This document shows, in pieces, positions 10,550-20,232 of a stretch of DNA of 64,000 nucleotides (its first letter is position 1; each line of letters opens with the position of its first letter). The stretch is taken from NCBI GenBank assembly GCA_965222605.1, contig OZ244960.1, positions 2,208,001-2,272,000 of the forward strand. The letters are read 5' to 3'. The translations under genes and the position numbers were made by a program. This stretch comes from Candidatus Latescibacterota bacterium. GTDB lineage: Bacteria; Latescibacterota; UBA2968. The notes beneath the pieces are model-generated. The model ran no database searches, was not told the origin of the DNA, and saw only the letters and a program-made list of their open reading frames with translations.

Positions 10550-11443
10550 CTAATCATCTCGCCCCGGGAAAGTCAACTCGGCAACACCCGATTTGTCCAA
10601 ATCGCCCTTGCCCTTCTCTTTCAAAAGCTCAAATTGGGCTTTTGTCGCTTTTGCCAATGGAAGACTGAGACCCACGTCCTGAGCGAGCGAAAGCGCAATC
10701 CCCGAATCTTTCGCCGCATGGTCAGCCGAAAAATAACATTCGTGATCGCGGATGACCATATCTTCCCCATCGGTCTCCAGCACGCGAGAATTTGCTCCCG
10801 TTTGAGAAAACACCTCCATGACCATATTCAAATCAAGGCCGAGCGCGGCACCCAACCCCAGCCCCTCTGCCAGACCAGCGGTATTGATATTCATAACCAT
10901 ATTGACGAGCGCTTTGATCTGAGCAGCCTGTCCTGCCGTGCCGATATAGATCAAATTTGTACTCATAGATTTGAGAATCGGACTCGCCTGGTCAAAAACA
11001 GCGCGCTTACCCCCGCACATCAAATACAGCGTACCTTCACGCGCCTGTGTAATACTGCTGGCCATGCACCCTTCCAAACTGCTTGCACCCGCCTGCTCTG
11101 CAAGACCCTCAACATCCACGTGAATCTGTGGCGTAATCGTCGCGCAATTGATAAAAACCTTACCCTGGGCACCTTGCAGCAGACTATCGCCAGATTCGGC
11201 ATAAATAGTCCCCATCGCAGCGTCGTCTGTCACGACCGTAATAATATAATCTGCAGCAGCCGTTACACCCGCGAGTTCCGTATGCGCCTCACAACCCAAC
11301 TCGCTGGCAAGTTCCGAAGCGACCTCTGTGCGAATATCGTACACCGCCTCGACCGAAAACCCTTCATCGTTGAGATGGCGTGCAATATTTGCCCCCATTC
11401 GCCCAACGCCAACCACGCCAATTTTGTAATCTAAATTTGCCAT
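10550..11443 (-). CDS. 3-hydroxyisobutyrate dehydrogenase-family NAD(P)-dependent oxidoreductase
   Basis: GVVGVGRMG Rossmann motif, GTLYLMCGG, IKALVNMV, AAKD. Confidence 0.88.
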   Translation of the reverse strand: MANLDYKIGVVGVGRMGANIARHLNDEGFSVEAVYDIRTEVASELASELGCEAHTELAGVTAAADYIITVVTDDAAMGTIYAESGDSLLQGAQGKVFINCATITPQIHVDVEGLAEQAGASSLEGCMASSITQAREGTLYLMCGGKRAVFDQASPILKSMSTNLIYIGTAGQAAQIKALVNMVMNINTAGLAEGLGLGAALGLDLNMVMEVFSQTGANSRVLETDGEDMVIRDHECYFSADHAAKDSGIALSLAQDVGLSLPLAKATKAQFELLKEKGKGDLDKSGVAELTFPGRDD

Positions 11444-11642
11444 ATTTGCCTCGATAGTTTAAGAGTAAAAAAATTTGACTAACAATGTATTTCCCGGGAA
11501 TTATATCGCAAAGTGCCAAGGAAATGGCACCCGTGAATTGCTCTAAAGATAGGTGGGAAAAAGCGAAAATGCAAGGCGGGAGTTGATAAGGATTGACAGA
11601 GGGGAGTGCTGGGTGTCTCCTTCAGCGGGTATTATGCCTGGC

Positions 11643-11714
11643 GGAGACGTACACACAAATGGCATGGAGAGCTTCTGGGCGATGATAAAGCGAGGATATA
11701 TGGGGGTGCATCAG
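11643..11714 (+). mobile_element. IS1595-family (ISXO2-like DDE) transposase remnant
   Basis: Encodes GDVHTNGMESFWAMIKRGYMGVHQ, matching the HTN.IE.FW..LKRG..G..H signature; the rest of the transposase is absent. Confidence 0.75.
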
Positions 11715-11909
11715 ATACGGATATACAAATGTTGCCAGGTGCGAATTTGTATATTTTTTGGTATAACCGGATTGAAGGCTGAATGAGCCTTACAGGTCAA
11801 TCACTAATAAGTGAAAATTCTTGACTTTTTGAAAGGGGGTTCCGTTATATATGGTAATAGGGGTGAAGATGTCCAGGAGGTTAAACAGTAACAACAAAGG
11901 AGGGTGGCT

Positions 11910-12209
11910 ATGAGTGACTGGACACTTAAAAAAGAAATTGCCGCATACAGAAAAATGTGCAAAGACGGTCTTGAGCTTGAGCACTTTGGTAAATGGATTA
12001 TCGTTTACGAAGGCAAGCTCCGGGGTGTCTTTGATACACAGAATGAAGCGGTAATCAGTGCTGTCAAGAAATTCAGGGACAACGCTTTCTTGATAAAACA
12101 AGTGGGAGCAACAGAAAGCCTATACAGAAGTGGATTACCCACAGTTTTTGGGGCTGTTTCCTCTATCAACTTTGAGGGAGCACAATGCCTGCAAAATCTA
12201 CCAAAGTAG
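11910..12209 (+). CDS. Small hypothetical protein, DUF5678-like
   Basis: AAGGAGG RBS; EIAAY...LELEHFGKWIIVYEGKLRGVFDT..EAV..A...F....FLIKQVG pattern. Confidence 0.6.
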   Translation: MSDWTLKKEIAAYRKMCKDGLELEHFGKWIIVYEGKLRGVFDTQNEAVISAVKKFRDNAFLIKQVGATESLYRSGLPTVFGAVSSINFEGAQCLQNLPK

Positions 12210-12637
12210 GATTCGTAAACCCGGAAAATCTAATTAGTCAAGGCCCAACCATTATGGTTCGGGTCGGACTTGATTATGACACATACCCAGACCCTAATCT
12301 GGATACAATGACATCACCAGTATATGCACTAATAGACACAGGAGCCTCCAATACTTGTATTGATAAAACCTTTGTTATGCAGATAGGGCTACCAATTCAC
12401 GGAGAGCCTTTTCTTATCGCTGGTATTTCGGGCCCAGAGACGGTCAATATACATTTGGGACAGATTCATATTCCAGCACTGGAAGAAACGCTCTCCGGGC
12501 TGTTTCCCGTGGTCGATCTAGTTGGTGGTGGTCAGCATCACAAGGTCCTGATGGGCAGGGACTTCCTGAAGTCCTGTCAAATGTTCTATGATGGCACAAC
12601 AGGAGATGTGCAAATAGATTTATTGCAAACCACCTAA
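12185..12637 (+). CDS. Retropepsin-like (clan AA) aspartic protease
   Basis: ALIDTGASNTCI catalytic motif and LMGRDFL motif; single domain, no signal peptide. Confidence 0.85.
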   Translation: MPAKSTKVGFVNPENLISQGPTIMVRVGLDYDTYPDPNLDTMTSPVYALIDTGASNTCIDKTFVMQIGLPIHGEPFLIAGISGPETVNIHLGQIHIPALEETLSGLFPVVDLVGGGQHHKVLMGRDFLKSCQMFYDGTTGDVQIDLLQTT

Positions 12638-12794
12638 AGACGTTCTAAACATAGTCGGTTGAGCATACCTGGGGAGATACCTAAAAACGCTGTCGCTGGT
12701 AGGGTAACGTGACAATGTATTTTCCAGCGGCACTTTGCTATATAAGCTCCTATTTTCCAAAACGCGGACCTGTCAAAAAAAATTCAGAATATAG

Positions 12795-13727
12795 CTACCT
12801 GCGCTCGACCAGACGCTCGAGAATGAGCACCAGAACCAGACCCAAAAGCGCGAGTCCTATTGCCCCTATCACCTCGCCCGACCACACCTGGGGCAACGCA
12901 TTCACTTGAACGAGCGGCACCACCTTACCGTGCCGATTGACCATTGTCTCCAGCGTCTCTTTCCATGGCCAGATCTTCCTGAGCGACCCCAGCATCAGCC
13001 CGGTCAACAGCGCGATGGTCAAATCGTGATAATGCCGAAAAAACCAGCTCAGAACGCGCGAAAAAGCCATCAACCCAACCACGGCCCCCGCACCAAAAAG
13101 CGCGATTGTAAACAGATCGCGCGTATTGACCGCGTTGAGAAGATACGGATATTGCCCCAGCAAAACCAGGACAAAGGACCCGGAAATACCGGGCAAAATC
13201 GTCGCGCAAATCGCAATCACAGCAGAACAAAAAATATACGGCGGACTATGCGGCATTTCAACCGGCACCAACCCGACCAAAAAATACGCGCCCAGCGTTG
13301 CCCCAACAGCACCCAAAAACGTTCTCAAATTCCACTGCGGAATGCGCCCACCCACCGTAAAAACAGATGCCAACACCAGCCCAAAGAAGAAAGACCACAA
13401 CAAAACAGGCTCGTTATCCAGCAAATAAGTAATCGCGCGCGACAAAGAAAAAATCGCAAAGAGAATCCCCGCGATAAGAGCGCACAAAAAAGGCCATCGC
13501 ACGTAATCGAGCCATTCTCTTATTCGCAACCCAATCAGAAACCGCGCAGATCGCGTATCAAAAGAACGGATCGAAAGAATCAGCTCTTCGTATATTCCCG
13601 TAATCAGCGCCATTGTGCCCCCCGACACGCCGGGCACAACATCGGCAGCCCCCATGCACACGCCCCTCAGCGCGATACCAAAATAACTTCTCAACGACCG
13701 CTTTGGCCGATACGCTATCTCTTCCAT
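12795..13727 (-). CDS. DUF368 membrane protein (putative undecaprenyl-phosphate translocase)
   Basis: MGAADVVPGVSGGTMA and ILPGISGS signature motifs; multiple TM helices. Confidence 0.9.
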   Translation of the reverse strand: MEEIAYRPKRSLRSYFGIALRGVCMGAADVVPGVSGGTMALITGIYEELILSIRSFDTRSARFLIGLRIREWLDYVRWPFLCALIAGILFAIFSLSRAITYLLDNEPVLLWSFFFGLVLASVFTVGGRIPQWNLRTFLGAVGATLGAYFLVGLVPVEMPHSPPYIFCSAVIAICATILPGISGSFVLVLLGQYPYLLNAVNTRDLFTIALFGAGAVVGLMAFSRVLSWFFRHYHDLTIALLTGLMLGSLRKIWPWKETLETMVNRHGKVVPLVQVNALPQVWSGEVIGAIGLALLGLVLVLILERLVERR

Positions 13728-13826
13728 CTCAAATATTCTCCCTGTTGAAAATTTAAAAAACACCACAGCATTCCAAAATATAGAACGAGAACACGCTACA
13801 AACAACAGCAACCATTCGATTTATCC

Positions 13827-13856
13827 TTGACAACACAATGATTCCCCTTTTATTGT
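13827..13856 (+). promoter_or_regulatory. Putative sigma70-type promoter for the lipoprotein gene
   Basis: TTGACA-N18-TATTGT. Confidence 0.4.
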
Positions 13857-13905
13857 TCGCGGCGGGATATATAGCGGAGTTCATTCGTTTTAACAGGAGA
13901 TTTTT

Positions 13906-14415
13906 ATGTTGCGCACATCTATAACACTCGTCTTTTGTGCCTTACTGATTGGTTGCGGCGACGACACCATATACCAGGCAGAGCTTCGCGGAACCTGGCT
14001 ATTGGAGTCTCGCAAACCCACACAGGGTGAAATCGTCCAGAGTCCGCAAATCAGCGGTCTTATCGAATGGTTTCCAACCACACCCACCCAGGCTAAGGTC
14101 CATCTTTCCGTAACGGACGACAGACAGAGCATTAGAGTCATCGACCGCTTATACGATCTTCAGAGCACGACATTTACATATCAATCCAAACTCAGAATTG
14201 GCTCAATAGCAACAGATAGCACAGATGTAGTTTATGACACGACCACCCAAAATGGCACGGGACAAATCTCCTCTGACGATGCGCGCGTAACACTTACCCA
14301 CGATGATGGAACGCAATATGAGTTTATCGGCGCACAACTTACCGTAACATATTCAAACGGTGTGGTTGATACATGGAAACTCAACAAAGATCAAATAGGT
14401 ATTTTGGCAAAATAA
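13906..14415 (+). CDS. Hypothetical lipoprotein (beta-rich, lipocalin-like)
   Basis: Lipobox LLIGC, LRGTW motif, AGGAG RBS. Confidence 0.7.
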   Translation: MLRTSITLVFCALLIGCGDDTIYQAELRGTWLLESRKPTQGEIVQSPQISGLIEWFPTTPTQAKVHLSVTDDRQSIRVIDRLYDLQSTTFTYQSKLRIGSIATDSTDVVYDTTTQNGTGQISSDDARVTLTHDDGTQYEFIGAQLTVTYSNGVVDTWKLNKDQIGILAK

Positions 14416-14507
14416 AAAATCATTTTCTAAACGCGGTTCAAATCGCACCAGCACCTCCCCAATCGTTCGTGTGCTGGTCGATGAACCATATTCAAAAGGA
14501 GTAAGAA

Positions 14508-14948
14508 ATGGCAGGAACAATTCCCCTCATCAGTTCAGGCGTTGCAGGACCAGCGGGCGTACTCCATCTTCCTCGCCTGTGGTCTAAAGTCCTGTTGGGC
14601 GCCACGGGCAACCTCGAAGAAGGATATGACCAGTGCGGCATGGGTTACGACCAGATGGTCCTCGATGGTCTGGGTCTCGACCGCGATGCCACCCTCGCCT
14701 ATCTCACCGAAAATCTGCCCTCCTATCCGGAATTCGAAGCATGGGTTATCGAACAGAGCGGCGGCAGCCTCGACAGCAATGCCGTTGCAGAACTCAACGC
14801 GGCAATTGAGGGTTACAACCACGCAGACGATGACCGCCAGGCCATCCTCGGAGGCGCAGGCATTGACGACGACGGCACAATTCTCGACGCCGTCAACCTG
14901 AACAACCTCGATGACTGGACAGAATTTCACGCACAACTGACGGGCTAA
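14508..14948 (+). CDS. DUF5069-like protein
   Basis: GVLHLPRLWSK...GY.....D...L..LGLD pattern; acidic 146 aa; AAGGAG RBS. Confidence 0.65.
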   Translation: MAGTIPLISSGVAGPAGVLHLPRLWSKVLLGATGNLEEGYDQCGMGYDQMVLDGLGLDRDATLAYLTENLPSYPEFEAWVIEQSGGSLDSNAVAELNAAIEGYNHADDDRQAILGGAGIDDDGTILDAVNLNNLDDWTEFHAQLTG

Positions 14949-14969
14949 ACACCCGTCCATCTCGCACAA

Positions 14970-15006
14970 AAAATCCCAGAATGGTTTGCTCACATTCTGG
15001 GATTTT
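14970..15006 (+). terminator. Intrinsic terminator
   Basis: AAAATCCCAGAATG / CATTCTGGGATTTT perfect 14-bp inverted repeat. Confidence 0.75.
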
Positions 15007-15031
15007 CTCTATACCGCTTTAGGAGATCACT

Positions 15032-16519
15032 ATGTTACAAAATATTCGCATTATAATCGCAATAGCCCTTGCCGCAGGAATAATATGGAACTGTGGCAAT
15101 GAGCGCGTGACGCAGTCAGAAATCGGGACAGAAGAACAGATTGGTCGTCCCCTGAGCAAATTGGCCGCACAACAAAATACGTCAGTGGTCATAGCTACTG
15201 TACAACAGGATGATGCACCTGTGAGCGGTGCGAAAGTAGAATTTGCGCGTTCTATTGCGGGACAAAAAGCGGATTATCAGTGGTCAAATACGACCGATGA
15301 AAATGGTCAAGCGCGGATAGAGATCACATCGGGCAATGGTTATTATCAAGCGCGCGCCTGGCAGGATGGCAGCGAGATCGGTTCCTGGTCCAGCATTCCA
15401 ATTAACGAAGGCCAAAAAGTGAGGCTCAACTTGCCCATTGGCGGGAAGGCACAGCTGACATTAGAAGGTCTCCCCGCAGAAATACCCATTGGCGTGGTCC
15501 TGCCTCTGACAGGCCATCTCTCTTCAGTTGGCATGGTAGTGAACAACGGACTCCAACTCGCATTCGCAGAGATTAACTATTCATCGCTACTCGGCGAGAT
15601 GAAACTCAAGCCCATTGTCGAAGACAATCAGAGCACCTCAGAGGGCGCATTGGAAGCTTATAACAAACTGATTCATCGCGACGGCGTATCCGTCATCATC
15701 GGTCCGCTATCCTCAAGTATAACCAGAGAGACTTTTCCCATTGCCCAACAAAATCAAATCGTAGCGATCAGCCCGGCCTCAGCCGCCCATGGCCTCAGCG
15801 AAATTGGCAAGTTTGTCTTTCGCACGATTCTCACCGTAGATCGCCTCGTACCCGGTGGCGTCAAGACCACGCATGCAAAACTGGGCTATCAGAGAGTCGC
15901 GACCATATATCAAAATGATGTCTTTGCCCAGAGCAGCAACCAGGCGATCACAGAAGCACTTCAGCAGAATGGTGTCGAAGTGATAACCACAGAGATTTTC
16001 CAAACCGGCGATACCGACTTCTCGGACCAATTAACCCGAATAAAAGAATTAAATCCAGACGCCATCTTCCTCTCTGCTTTACCCGTGGAAAAGGAAGCCG
16101 TTCTGATCCAGATTCGTCAAATCGGTATCCCCGCTGAAATACACTTCATTACCCTGACCCTGACCACGGGCAATGTACAACGCGCGGGTGCCGCCGCCGA
16201 AGGTGCGATTAGTATTACGTCATGGAGCAGCATGGCTGACACACCGGGAAATCGCGCATTCGTCGAAAATTACATGACAAAATACGATTCCGAGCCAGAC
16301 GAATTCGTCGCACAAGCGTATGCCACCGTCTATATCCTGGCGAACGCCATCGCCGTTGCCCCATCAATTGACTCAAATACAATTCGAGACGCAATGGCGC
16401 ATATCACAGACCTGGACACAATCCTGGGCAAATTCTCTTTTGACGCCAATGGAGACGCGGTTTATAACCCGATTATCCTGATCGTCAGAAACGGCAAATT
16501 TGAGGTTTTTAATCCATAG
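15032..16519 (+). CDS. LivJ/LivK-type ABC substrate-binding lipoprotein with an extra N-terminal beta domain
   Basis: Lipobox-like IIWNC; IPIGVVLPLTG, IIGPLSS, TDFSDQLTRIK, GKFSFDANGD. Confidence 0.85.
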   Translation: MLQNIRIIIAIALAAGIIWNCGNERVTQSEIGTEEQIGRPLSKLAAQQNTSVVIATVQQDDAPVSGAKVEFARSIAGQKADYQWSNTTDENGQARIEITSGNGYYQARAWQDGSEIGSWSSIPINEGQKVRLNLPIGGKAQLTLEGLPAEIPIGVVLPLTGHLSSVGMVVNNGLQLAFAEINYSSLLGEMKLKPIVEDNQSTSEGALEAYNKLIHRDGVSVIIGPLSSSITRETFPIAQQNQIVAISPASAAHGLSEIGKFVFRTILTVDRLVPGGVKTTHAKLGYQRVATIYQNDVFAQSSNQAITEALQQNGVEVITTEIFQTGDTDFSDQLTRIKELNPDAIFLSALPVEKEAVLIQIRQIGIPAEIHFITLTLTTGNVQRAGAAAEGAISITSWSSMADTPGNRAFVENYMTKYDSEPDEFVAQAYATVYILANAIAVAPSIDSNTIRDAMAHITDLDTILGKFSFDANGDAVYNPIILIVRNGKFEVFNP

Positions 16520-16555
16520 GCTCGCATTCACAAACCTCCTATTTTTAGCCATCAT

Positions 16556-16596
16556 AAAAGTAGGGGTTATGCAATAAAAGCATAACCCCTACTTTT
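16556..16596. terminator. Bidirectional terminator between the SBP gene and tRNA-Pro
   Basis: AAAAGTAGGGGTTATGC / GCATAACCCCTACTTTT inverted repeat. Confidence 0.8.
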
Positions 16597-16598
16597 TA

Positions 16599-16675
16599 TG
16601 GTCGGAGCGACTGGATTTGAACCAGCGACCCCCATCACCCCAAGATGGTGCGCTACCGAGCTGCGCTACGCTCCG
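16599..16675 (-). tRNA. tRNA-Pro(GGG)
   Basis: Reverse complement CGGAGCGTAGCGCAGCTCGGTAGCGCA CCATC-TTGGGGT-GATGG ... GGTTCAAATCC ... CTCCGACCA; 77 nt. Confidence 0.97.
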
Positions 16676-16693
16676 ACAACTTGTTCAAGAATG

Positions 16694-16722
16694 AATTTAC
16701 CCATTTTGCCAGAGACCGTCAA
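16694..16722 (-). promoter_or_regulatory. Putative sigma70 promoter of tRNA-Pro(GGG)
   Basis: TTGACG-N17-TAAATT on the minus strand. Confidence 0.55.
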
Positions 16723-16751
16723 GATTAAAGCCTCCGACGTACTAACCGCAT

Positions 16752-17624
16752 CTACCTACCAGAACTGAGAAAACTCTCAGATTGCAGATCCACATCAAAA
16801 ATGCGAATAAATCGACGGGGCTTTGTCGTCTCGCCGATCAACTCGGGTATGCCATCGCCATCGAGGTCTGCGTAGCCAATCTTCTCACCAAAGCCATCGC
16901 GGTATTCCCACTCAACGCGTTGATAAGTCGCGCCAATCACAAATCCCGTATTGAGTGCAATCTCAAGCTCACCGTCATCGTCCAGATCGCCAACAGCCAT
17001 ACTCTGTGCCCACAGCCCCTGCTCGCTGCTCCATTCTAAAAACAGATTTTTGCAATCGAACACAAACAAGCGCCCAACCTGTGCAGCGCGATCCAGGTCG
17101 GAATTATCGCGCGATCCGCCCGGCGGCCGATAGCTCCGACTCTCTGCAGCATCCTCGCCACAAAACACCATCTCGAGTTGCGGATCGTCGTCAATATTTT
17201 CAATCACCATGGCCGAAACCGATGCAAACTCATCGTCCGTACTTCGCCATATTTCATGGAAGTCGCTGGCGCGATAAAACGCAATATCTCCAGACGCGGT
17301 ATAGGCAACGATCTCAAGCTCATCATCGACATCGATATCCAGAACAAAAACTTCTGCAATCTCCGCCCTCAGTGTGGGACTTCGCCACACCTCTCGAAAG
17401 CGCCCCTCTTGCATTTCCAACACGTAAATTGATCCATGCCGGTCACCATACACAATGCGCGGCGCCTCATCTCCTTTTCCCACAATTGCTTTTACAGCTC
17501 GCATTTCGGGTACAAACCCACCAAAAGAAATCGCGTCATTATCCTTCCAATGAAACCACGCCAGATCGGTCGCTGAGATAGTAGCTGTAAGAGCAACGAG
17601 CAAAAGCAGAATCCTTATGACCAT
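16752..17624 (-). CDS. Secreted FG-GAP/VCBS-like repeat protein
   Basis: Signal peptide; repeated DIDVDDELEIV, NIDDDPQLEMV, DLDDDGELEIA, DLDGDGIPELI motifs; GAGGAG RBS. Confidence 0.75.
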   Translation of the reverse strand: MVIRILLLLVALTATISATDLAWFHWKDNDAISFGGFVPEMRAVKAIVGKGDEAPRIVYGDRHGSIYVLEMQEGRFREVWRSPTLRAEIAEVFVLDIDVDDELEIVAYTASGDIAFYRASDFHEIWRSTDDEFASVSAMVIENIDDDPQLEMVFCGEDAAESRSYRPPGGSRDNSDLDRAAQVGRLFVFDCKNLFLEWSSEQGLWAQSMAVGDLDDDGELEIALNTGFVIGATYQRVEWEYRDGFGEKIGYADLDGDGIPELIGETTKPRRFIRIFDVDLQSESFLSSGR

Positions 17625-17634
17625 AGTGAACTCC

Positions 17635-18546
17635 TCAAAATACGCTAATATGGAAATAGCGTTTGGGATTTCGCCTGATGTCTTCAATAAGACTATCCAC
17701 AGACGTCAATGTGCGATCCAGATGCTCGTACACCGCTTCGTCCTTAACCAAACGCCCGACCGTGCCGCGTCCGTCTCGTATCCCTTTGGAAATGTCATCG
17801 AGATTGGTAAATGTATTCTGCATTGAAACCGAAGTCGTTTCCATCTGTGCCGAAATCCGCGCAAGGCGTTCTAAAGCCACAGCCAAATTGGTCACGGCAA
17901 TGCTCAAATTTTCGCGATTATCCCGCATCAAACCACTCGCATCGCCCGTCGCCAACGCCAAACTGTCGAGCATCTTATCGACCTTCCCCAGATTATCGTC
18001 GTTCAATAGTTGATTGAGATAGTGCGTGGTCGTGTCAATACGCGAAAGAACGCTCTCCAGGTGCACGAGATTATTATCACTGGCGACACCATCTACTGCA
18101 TTGCCAATTTTTTCGATCATAAGCCTGCTCTCAGACACCATCGCATCGAGTTCAGAAGTAGAAATCCCCTGCACAACAGCTCCATCTGCAAGAATCTGCG
18201 GCGACTTTCCCAACTGAATTTCGATCATCTGCCCACCCAGCAAACCATCGGATTTGAGTAAAAAACGCGAATCCTCGGGCAAATCACTCACCGAGGCAAA
18301 CCCAAGTGCAACATAAGGCAGCCCATCTACAAGGCCAATAGACAGTACCTTTCCCACCCGCACCCCGCGAAACGTCACGGGATTGCCCACTTGAAGCCCC
18401 GGCACACTGTCGAACCTGGCATGGATGCGATATCCACCAGCCGCACCTGCATAGCGCTCCGAGAGCCAAACCGTGCCGACCACCAGAATAACGGCTGAAA
18501 AAAATATAACGACACCAAGGATAATTTCTTGCTGGCGATTTCTCAT
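17635..18546 (-). CDS. mlaD: MlaD/MCE-family protein
   Basis: N-terminal TM, GLQVGNPVTFRGVRVGKV, GLLG, long helical C-terminus ending GTVGRLVKD..NPKRY. Confidence 0.9.
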   Translation of the reverse strand: MRNRQQEIILGVVIFFSAVILVVGTVWLSERYAGAAGGYRIHARFDSVPGLQVGNPVTFRGVRVGKVLSIGLVDGLPYVALGFASVSDLPEDSRFLLKSDGLLGGQMIEIQLGKSPQILADGAVVQGISTSELDAMVSESRLMIEKIGNAVDGVASDNNLVHLESVLSRIDTTTHYLNQLLNDDNLGKVDKMLDSLALATGDASGLMRDNRENLSIAVTNLAVALERLARISAQMETTSVSMQNTFTNLDDISKGIRDGRGTVGRLVKDEAVYEHLDRTLTSVDSLIEDIRRNPKRYFHISVF

Positions 18547-18549
18547 ACA

Positions 18550-19293
18550 TTACCCCAACCTGCCCTGAACAAACAATTCGAAAACCTCATTGCCAGATGC
18601 CTCGACATCTTCCATTGCACCTTGAACCACCGCTTTGCCGTCATAGAGCAGGACAACCTGGTCTGAAACGCGCCGAGCAAGGGGCATATCGTGGGTAACG
18701 ATCACCGATGTCACCTCGAGTTCTGACTGCAACTTAAGTATATAGTCGCCCACAACGCTGGATGTATTTGGATCGAGACCCGTTGTGGGTTCATCGTAAA
18801 GAATAAAATCGGGTTCCATCGCAATAGCCCGCGCAAGTGCCGCGCGTTTTCTCATTCCCCCCGACAACTCAACCGGCATCCTGGCCTCTGTACCCGCCAA
18901 CCGCACAGCATCGAGACAGACATGTACGCGCTCTGCAATTTCTTCTTCGGTCATCTTAGTATGCATACGCAACCCAAAAGCCACATTTTCCTTCACCGTC
19001 ATAGAATCAAAAAGTGCCGAAGACTGGAATAAAACCCCGATGTGCTTGCGCAATTCGATCAACTCGCCGCGGCGAATACGCGCCATGTCATAACCGGCAA
19101 CAACGACCTTGCCCACATCTGCCTGCTCAATCCCAATAACATGCTTTAAGGTCACACTTTTGCCGCATCCACTTGGCCCCAAAATGGTTGTAATCTCAGA
19201 CCGAGAAACCCGCAGGTCAAGCCCTTTCAGCACGGGTTGTTGGTCAAAAGACTTAAACACCTGGACAAACTCAATAGCCGTTTCATTCGTCAT
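18550..19293 (-). CDS. mlaF: MlaF-type ABC ATPase
   Basis: GPSGCGKS, FQSSALFDS, ELSGGMRKR, YDEPTTGLDP. Confidence 0.92.
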   Translation of the reverse strand: MTNETAIEFVQVFKSFDQQPVLKGLDLRVSRSEITTILGPSGCGKSVTLKHVIGIEQADVGKVVVAGYDMARIRRGELIELRKHIGVLFQSSALFDSMTVKENVAFGLRMHTKMTEEEIAERVHVCLDAVRLAGTEARMPVELSGGMRKRAALARAIAMEPDFILYDEPTTGLDPNTSSVVGDYILKLQSELEVTSVIVTHDMPLARRVSDQVVLLYDGKAVVQGAMEDVEASGNEVFELFVQGRLG

Positions 19294-19296
19294 AGT

Positions 19297-20070
19297 TTAA
19301 TATAACAGCGCGTGTGTTAAAAAATAATCGAGAATGAGAACAAGCGCAGAAGATACCACAACTGCAGCCGTGGCAGCCCGTCCAACGCCCTGCGCACCGC
19401 CTGCGGTGCAAAGCCCCATGTAAGCACCCATAAATGTCAGCAACCCACCATAAACAACTGCTTTGACCACCCCGACAAAAACATCATAGACCTCAAAATA
19501 GAGCTTCATACCTTTGATTAACTCTGTAGGCGTGATACCCATTTTGATCATCGACATACCAAACCCACAGATATTGGCGACCAAAAAAGAATAAATCACG
19601 AGAATTGGAACCATAATAGAGCCAGCGAGAATTCGGGGCAACATGAGATATCCCACCGGATCGACAGCCATTGACGTGAGCGCATCGACTTGCTCTGAGA
19701 CTTTCATAGTGCCGAGTTCAGACGCAACGCCCGCACCTACCCTCCCGGCGAGCACGAGACCTAATAAAATAGGCGACAGCACCAGGATCACAGAGCGAAC
19801 CATAAGCGCACCAACCATATAGTCGGGCACGTAAGCCTCCATCTGATAGGCCGTCTGAATAGCGATCGCCATCCCGCTAAAAGCCGAAATCAGGCAGACC
19901 AGGGGCAAAGACCCAACACCAATAGCATAACACTGTCCGATAATCTGATGTCGATACAGGTAGAGATGCCGCATTTCTCTCACGCACTGGACGCCATAGC
20001 AGAACATCTGGAAAACCTGGATGAAAAATGCGGCGAGTTGCCCGCCGAGAAATGCTAATAATCGGCTCAT
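19297..20070 (-). CDS. mlaE: MlaE-type ABC permease
   Basis: AGRVGAGVASELGTMKVSEQVDAL, PRILA, GGAQGVGRA. Confidence 0.92.
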   Translation of the reverse strand: MSRLLAFLGGQLAAFFIQVFQMFCYGVQCVREMRHLYLYRHQIIGQCYAIGVGSLPLVCLISAFSGMAIAIQTAYQMEAYVPDYMVGALMVRSVILVLSPILLGLVLAGRVGAGVASELGTMKVSEQVDALTSMAVDPVGYLMLPRILAGSIMVPILVIYSFLVANICGFGMSMIKMGITPTELIKGMKLYFEVYDVFVGVVKAVVYGGLLTFMGAYMGLCTAGGAQGVGRAATAAVVVSSALVLILDYFLTHALLY

Positions 20071-20120
20071 AGTGAAGCCCAAAAAAATGAGGCGGGTTAA
20101 AGGATACAAAAAGCAAATAG

Positions 20121-20149
20121 AATCTACACTCCCTTTTTTAATAAATCAA
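20121..20149 (-). promoter_or_regulatory. Putative sigma70 promoter of the mlaEFD operon
   Basis: TTGATT-N17-TAGATT on the minus strand. Confidence 0.45.
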
Positions 20150-20174
20150 CCCTTTTTGATGAAAGAACCCGCAC

Positions 20175-20213
20175 AGTAAAGGCGGCCCTGGCAAAACCAG
20201 AACCGCCTTTACT
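20175..20213 (-). terminator. Hairpin downstream of the sigma factor gene
   Basis: AGTAAAGGCGG / CCGCCTTTACT inverted repeat. Confidence 0.55.
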
Positions 20214-20232
20214 AATTTAAATATAAATGATA

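Noticed and set aside
11553-11786. 77-aa ORF as a functional gene
   Set aside because: Only the central 24 codons resemble an IS1595 transposase; the flanks look non-coding, so it is treated as a remnant
3719-16675. Region between the two tRNA-Pro genes as an integrated element bounded by att sites
   Set aside because: Both tRNAs are complete, distinct isoacceptors; no duplicated 3' fragment or integrase; content is largely housekeeping-like
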